NCBI GenBank assembly: GCA_963697775.1
Contig: CAVOPH010000016.1
Span: forward strand, 25,190 to 89,189
Length of the DNA: 64,000 nt
From: an uncultured Acidobacteriota bacterium
GTDB lineage: Bacteria > Acidobacteriota > Vicinamibacteria > Vicinamibacterales > 2-12-FULL-66-21
Reading direction: 5' to 3'
In this document: positions 55,264 through 64,000 of the stretch, piece after piece
Layout: each line of letters begins with the position of its first letter
Numbering within the stretch: position 1 is the first letter of the stretch
Notes under the pieces: model-generated
Told to the model about the DNA's origin: nothing
The model's input: the letters and a program-made list of their open reading frames with translations, nothing else
The model's database searches: none
Position numbers and translations under genes: made by a program

Positions 55264-56926
55264 TCATTCAAGCATGTCGCCGTTCTGCTCGCCCAGCATC
55301 AGGGCGCGATGGAGCCAGACTGGCACCGTGCCGTTGGCGAGCAGCGTGTCGTGGAAACCGCGCAGCGAATACTTCGATCCCGCGTGCGTCTTGTAGTCCT
55401 CACGCAGCTTCAGCATCATCAGCTTCCCGGCGCTGTAGAGAATGTACGAAGGATCGAAGGTGCCTCGCTCGGCTTCCCGCCGCGCGCTGGCCTCCTCGAG
55501 AAATGCTTCGTCGCGGAAGACACGCACGCCCTGCTCGACCGACATGTCCTCGCAGTGCAGCCGGATGCCGACGATGAAGCGGCAGAGGCGGATGAGGGCT
55601 TCGGCGAGCTGGCCGAGGCGAACGGCGTGATCGTTCTTGCGGAAGCCTTCCTCGATCATCATCTGCTCGCAGTAGTGCGCCCAGCCCTCGACGAACGCCG
55701 TCGATGAAAACAGAATCGACTTGCGCAGCTTCGAGTCCACCTGGCGCAGATGCTGATAGTGCAGGAAGTGTCCGGGAAACACTTCGTGCATGGAGATCGA
55801 CCAGAGCGCACCGTAGTTGAAGTCGCGAAGGTGCTCGTTCTTCCGTTCGGCCGGCCACGACGGCTCGACGTCGGTGATGTAGTAGAAGGCGCGCAGCGGA
55901 CGCGATTCGAACGGACCGGGCGTCCACATGCTGGCGAACGTCCACCGGTAGAAGCGCGGCGTCGGCGCGACTTCCACCGGCGCGCCGTTCGGAATCGTGA
56001 CGATCCGCTGCCGGTTGATGAAGTCGACGAGATCCGACGAGCTGCTGCTGGGCGACCGGAATCAGCTGACCGGCCGGCGGATGATCGTCCTTCGTGCGCG
56101 CCCACGCGGCGAGCGGATCGCCGCCGTTGACGCGCGAGGCCACGCGGCGGAATTCATCCTGCGTCTGCTGCAGTTCACGGGTGGCAATCGCGAGCAGCTC
56201 GATCGGCGTCGAGCGTCGAGCCCCTCGTCGAGGCGGAACTTCTGCTCGAAGCGATCGCGGCCGAGTCGGAACGAGCCCTTGCTGCGCGGCGCCAGCTCGC
56301 GCTCGAGATAGTCGAGGTAGCCGCCGATCGCGGCGCCGCTTCGGTCGAGGCGTCCGCGAGATCGCCGAGCAGATGCAGATCGCTCAGATCGCCGAACGCG
56401 CGCGGCAGATCTTCGTCGATGAAACGCAGCGTGCCGCGCATGCTCTCGAGCCCGACCTTGACGAAGATGCCGGGTGGATCCTTGATGTTGTCGCGCGCCG
56501 CCTGGATGAACCGCGGCACCTGACGCAGCTTCGACAGCACGCGCCGGGCCCGCTCGGCGAGCGGCGCATAATCGAACAGCGCCTGACCGGCGAGGCTCGT
56601 CGCCAGCGACGTCGGCGTAGTGCTGCGGGTTGCGTTCCCAGGGACGCACCTCTTCGAGATCGAACACCCGCGCGCGGATGCTGGCGTCCAGCGCCGGCCG
56701 CTCGAGCCGTTCGGAGTCGGTCAGCCGCGCGGGATCGATGGCGCCAAGACGCCGCGCGAAGCCGCCGAGGTCGCGGATCTGCGGTCTCGATCGCCTGACG
56801 ACTCCAGTCCTCGAGCAGATCGTCGTGCAGATGCACGCCGTCGAAGGTGGCGTTGGTCGGATGGACTTCGTAGAGATACGACAGATACTCGTCGACGAAA
56901 TGCGGCAGGGGTTCGGCTGAATACAT
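55264..56926 (-). CDS. DUF885 family (metallopeptidase-like) protein; indels
   Basis: [32 protein letters not shown]. Confidence 0.88.
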
Positions 56927-56951
56927 TTGGTACAATCGGCCGGCGGACGAC

Positions 56952-57812
56952 ATGCCGGGCACTCTCTATGTGGTGGCAACACCCATAGGCAACCTCGAAG
57001 ATGTTACGCTACGGGCCCTTCGCGTCCTGCGCGAAGTCTCCCTGATCGCGGCGGAAGACACCCGCCGGACCGCGCGTCTCCTTCAACACTACTCCATCTC
57101 GACGCGCACGACGAGCCTGCACGAACACAACGAGCGATCAAAAACCGCGTGCGCTCATCGCTCGATTGGCGGCCGGCGAGTCCATCGCGCTCGTCTCGGA
57201 CGCCGGCACGCCGGTCATTTCGGATCCGGGAGCCATCTGGTCGCCGAAGCCCATCGAGCGGGACTGCCAGTGGAACCGATCCCTGGGCCGAATGCCGCGA
57301 TTGCAGCGCTGTCAGCTCCGGGTCTGGCCGGAGAGTTCGTTCTTTTGTCAGGATTTCCTCCATCTAGGTCAAAAGCCAGACAAGCCTGGCTCGAGCGATC
57401 TGGCGCTCGAACCCAGCGTCCTAATCCTCTACGAGGCGCCGCATCGGATACGACCGACGCTTGAGGATATGTTACAGGAGCTTGGCGATCGAGGTCGTCG
57501 CCCTCGGCCGAGAGCTGACGAAGGCCCACGAAGAATTGGTTGTTAGACCAATATCTGGCCATTTGAGCGGTCGACTTGAGGAGAGAGGCGAGTTCACGCT
57601 AGTCGTCGCAGGGTCGCCCCCGTTCAGTCGGATGATAGCCGAGCCGGCGCCATCTGCCGATCAGACTGACGCTAGAAATTGGTCATTTGACAGAAAACGG
57701 GACGCGTAACTCGGCGAGAAGCGATTCGACACTTTCGCGGCGCTAGCGGCATGGCCCAGTCGAGACCAGTGTTTAATGCTTCTTGAGAAGGCTCAAAAAA
57801 TCTGCCACATGA
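56952..57812 (+). CDS. rsmI: 16S rRNA C1402 2'-O-methyltransferase; indels, end approximate
   Basis: [48 protein letters not shown]. Confidence 0.93.
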
Positions 57813-57909
57813 CCTATTTGTGGTCTCCACCGCCGATTGTCCTTTCGTCCGCTTGACCCCTCCGAAGCTGTTTTGTTACTGTCACCCCGGCCAAAACCGC
57901 AGGAGACGC

Positions 57910-58639
57910 ATGGCGAAGCAGCGCCGGTCCGTGAAGACACACCGCCAAGCCCGTTCGGGGACGTCAAACGACCGGCAAGTCGGAAGAAAACCGCTCGAAA
58001 GGCCTCGGCACCAAAGTCAAAGCCGCGTCGGGCGACCGGCAAACCAGAAGTCGTTGCGCGTCCGCACCAAGCGGCGACGTCGCCTCCGCCACACCGGCCC
58101 CGGCGCCACGGAAGCCCGGGTTCTACGAGGCGGTCGCCATCTACGAACGGGGCGTCCAGGCGCTTGCAGCGGCACGACTTTTCGGCGCGGCGGCGAATTA
58201 TTTCCGAGCGGTACTGGAGCGCTATCCTGAAGAGCGCGAACTGCTGGAGCGAGCCCGGCTGTATCTCCGCGTCTGCGAACGGGAAACGTCCCGTCAGCCG
58301 GCCTGCAGCCGAAGACTCCGGCCGAGCGGGTCTATGCGGCAACCGTTGCCCTCAACTCCGGAGATCACACCGGCGCCTTGGACCATCTGCAGCGAGCTTT
58401 AGGGGAAGACCCAGAAAGCGATCACGCCCACTACATCATGGCGGTTGCCCTCGGCATGCGCAATCGGGCGGACGAGGCCATCGAGCATCTTACAGCAGGC
58501 AATTGCCCTTAATCCCGAGAATCGCGGACTGGCCAAGCAGGACCCGGATCTGGACAGCCTTCGCGATCACAACCGGTTTCGCGACGCGCTGGATACGCCA
58601 CCCGCCCCGAACCGCGCGCGACCGCTCCGTCGACGCTAG
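57910..58639 (+). CDS. TPR-repeat protein with a basic N-terminus; indels
   Basis: AGGAG SD; across frames YEAVAIYERGVQAL, YPEERELLERA, LQQAIALNPENR..AKQDPDLDSLR. Confidence 0.7.
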
Positions 58640-58682
58640 AGTCTCACTCATCGCCTTGTAACAGGATACACTAGTCCCCGGC

Positions 58683-60117
58683 ATGGCTGATCTCCACGTC
58701 GTCGTGCTCGCAGCCGGCAAGGGCACGCGGATGACGTTCGACGCGTCCCAAAGTGCTGCATCCGGCGGCCGGGTTGCCCCTCATCGAGCACATTCTGCGG
58801 ACCGCGGAATCGCTGCACCCCGCATCAATCGTTGTCGTGGTCGGCCACCAGGCGACCAGCTCAAGGAAGCGATCGGAAAACGGCTGGGCCTTGCCTTTGC
58901 AGTCGCAGGAACCGCAGCTCGGCACGGGGCACGCGCTGCTGCAGACCGAGCCGCTGTTGCAGGGTGCTCGCGGAACGCTGCTTCTGCTTTCGGGAGACGT
59001 TCCGCTGCTTGCGCGCGGCAACGCTCGAGCGACTGGTCAGGCGCACGAGGAACGATCGGCGGCGGCGACGGTGCTCACCGCGGTCGTCGACGAATCCTGA
59101 CGGCTATGGCCGATTGTCCGAGACAACGGGCGAGATCGCGGCGATCGTCGAGCACAAGGATGCGTCGCCCGCCGAACGGCGCGATCACGCGAAATCAACA
59201 GCGGCGTCTATGCGTTCGATCTCGCGCCGCTGTTTGCAGCGTTGCGCTCGATTGGTTCGGCCAACGCCCAGGGCGAGTACTACCTGCCGGACCTCGTGAC
59301 GATCTATCGCGCGCGCGGGCTTGCCGGTTGAGACGGTCAGGCTCGACGATCCGCGATGAGATTCTGCGGCGTGAACAGCCGGAAGGAGCTGGCAGACGTG
59401 GCGACGATTCTGAGATCGCGAAAGAACGACGAGCTGATGGCCGCAGGCGTGACGCTCGTCGATCCCGCAACCGCCTATATCGATCCCGACGTCACGATCG
59501 GTGCCGACACCATCATCCATCCCGGCGTGTTCCTCGAGGGCACACACGCGCATCGGATCGGGATGCGAGATTCACTCAGGCGTCCGTCTCGTGAACTCGA
59601 CGGTCGACGACGGTGCGATCATCTACAACTTCTGCGTGATCATCGACTCGCACGTCGCCAGCGGCGCGCAGGTTGGACCGTTCGCGCATCTGCGACCGCA
59701 CTCACACGTCAGCGAACACGCCAAGGTCGGAAACTTCGTCGAGCTGAAGAAGACCGTCCTCGGGCGCGGCTCGAAGGCGAGTCACCTCACCTATCTCGGC
59801 GACGCGACGATCGGCGAAAAGGTCAACGTCGGCGCCGGCACGATCACGTGCAACTACGACGGCACGACCAAGCATCCGACGGTGATCGAGGACGGCGCGT
59901 TCATCGGCAGCGACAGTCAGCTGATCGCGCCGGTCCGCATCGGGAAGGGCGCCTATGTCGCCGCCGGATCGTCGATTACCGAAGATGTGCCGGCGGAATC
60001 GCTGGCGATCGCGACGCGGCAAACAGGTGAACAAAGAAGGCTGGGCGAAGTCGCGGCGGAAGACGACGTCTTCAGATCAGCCAGGAGAGAGCAGCTCAGC
60101 CCGCGCAAAGGAAGCTC
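58683..60117 (+). CDS. glmU: Bifunctional GlmU; indels, end approximate
   Basis: [54 protein letters not shown]. Confidence 0.95.
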
Positions 60118-61970
<1,853 letters not shown>

Positions 61971-61974
61971 GTTC

Positions 61975-63311
<1,337 letters not shown>

Positions 63312-63317
63312 GATCTG

Positions 63318-64000
63318 TTAGACGCCGTGTCCGTAGCCGACTTCGGCAGGGGTTCCGTTGAAGTCGGAGACGCTGGCGGGTGTGCCGGCAGCCTGACGCT
63401 TGCCGCGAATGCGGCCGATGACGTCGGCGAGATCGCGATCGCTGACGACCTTCTCGCGATCGGCGATCGACATGATCGCCCAGTAGACCGTCTCGACTTC
63501 GTGGCGTTCGAGCGCGAGGCCGATCTGCTCGCAGCGGCGCTGCACGGCGTGACGCCCGGAATGCTTGCCGAGTCACGAGCGTCGCCTGCGGAACGCCGAC
63601 TTCCTCCGGCCGCATGATCTCGTAGGTCCGGCGATCCTTCAGCATGCCGTCCTGGTGAATCCCGGCTTCGTGCGCGAAGGCGTTGCGCCCGACGATCGCC
63701 TTGTTCGCCTGGACGGCCTCGCCGGTCAGCCCGGTCAGCAACTGGCTCGACGGATAAATCTCGCGCGGCTCGATGCTGGTCGTGTACGGCAGCAGATCCG
63801 ATCGGACGCGAGTGGCCATCACGATCTCTTCGAGCGACGCGTTGCCGGCGCGTTCGCCGATGCCGTTGACCGTGCACTCGACCTGCCGCGCGCCGGCGCG
63901 AACCGCGGCGAGCGTGTTGGCGACCGCCAGACCCAGATCGTCGTGGCAGTGCGCGCTGAACGTCGCGTGGCCGGCGTTCGGAACGCGGTCGAGCACGGTG
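63318..64000 (-). CDS. leuA: 2-isopropylmalate synthase, C-terminal part; short form without the regulatory domain
   Basis: [45 protein letters not shown]; ends about 30 aa after ADREK..DRDL. Confidence 0.92.

Overview
High-GC bacterial chromosomal window. It is probably Acidobacteriota (Vicinamibacteria-like), an inference from the two ADOP-type duplicated orphan permeases and the repeat types. Many genes, including essential ones (serS, glmU, glmS), are broken by single-base indels. I read these as long-read assembly errors, so several coordinates are stitched across frames and approximate. Left to right: (1) a minus-strand membrane cluster mscL - vWA lipoprotein - PspA/IM30 - OmpA-fused solute-binding protein - ABC permease - ABC ATPase - TM/helical protein; (2) a BlaI / M56-HEAT-repeat / secreted HEAT / 2x ADOP permease operon; (3) two CNNM/CorC transporters, a DAACS symporter and a methyltransferase; (4) kup with a c-di-AMP (ydaO) riboswitch; (5) an SPFH gene abutting tRNA-Ser, followed by accessory signalling and secreted-protein genes and a MITE; (6) a large K+ homeostasis region with two beta-barrel genes, a split KdpD, kdpFABC, kdpE, a KimA-like transporter with a second c-di-AMP riboswitch, five 11-bp-periodic KdpE-like boxes, and small membrane-protein ORFs missing from the ORF track; (7) housekeeping genes serS, galU, an FmdB-like gene, DUF885, rsmI, a TPR gene, glmU, glmS, leuB and a short leuA. 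Several families of palindromic short-unit repeat arrays lie between genes, and some fall inside coding sequence.
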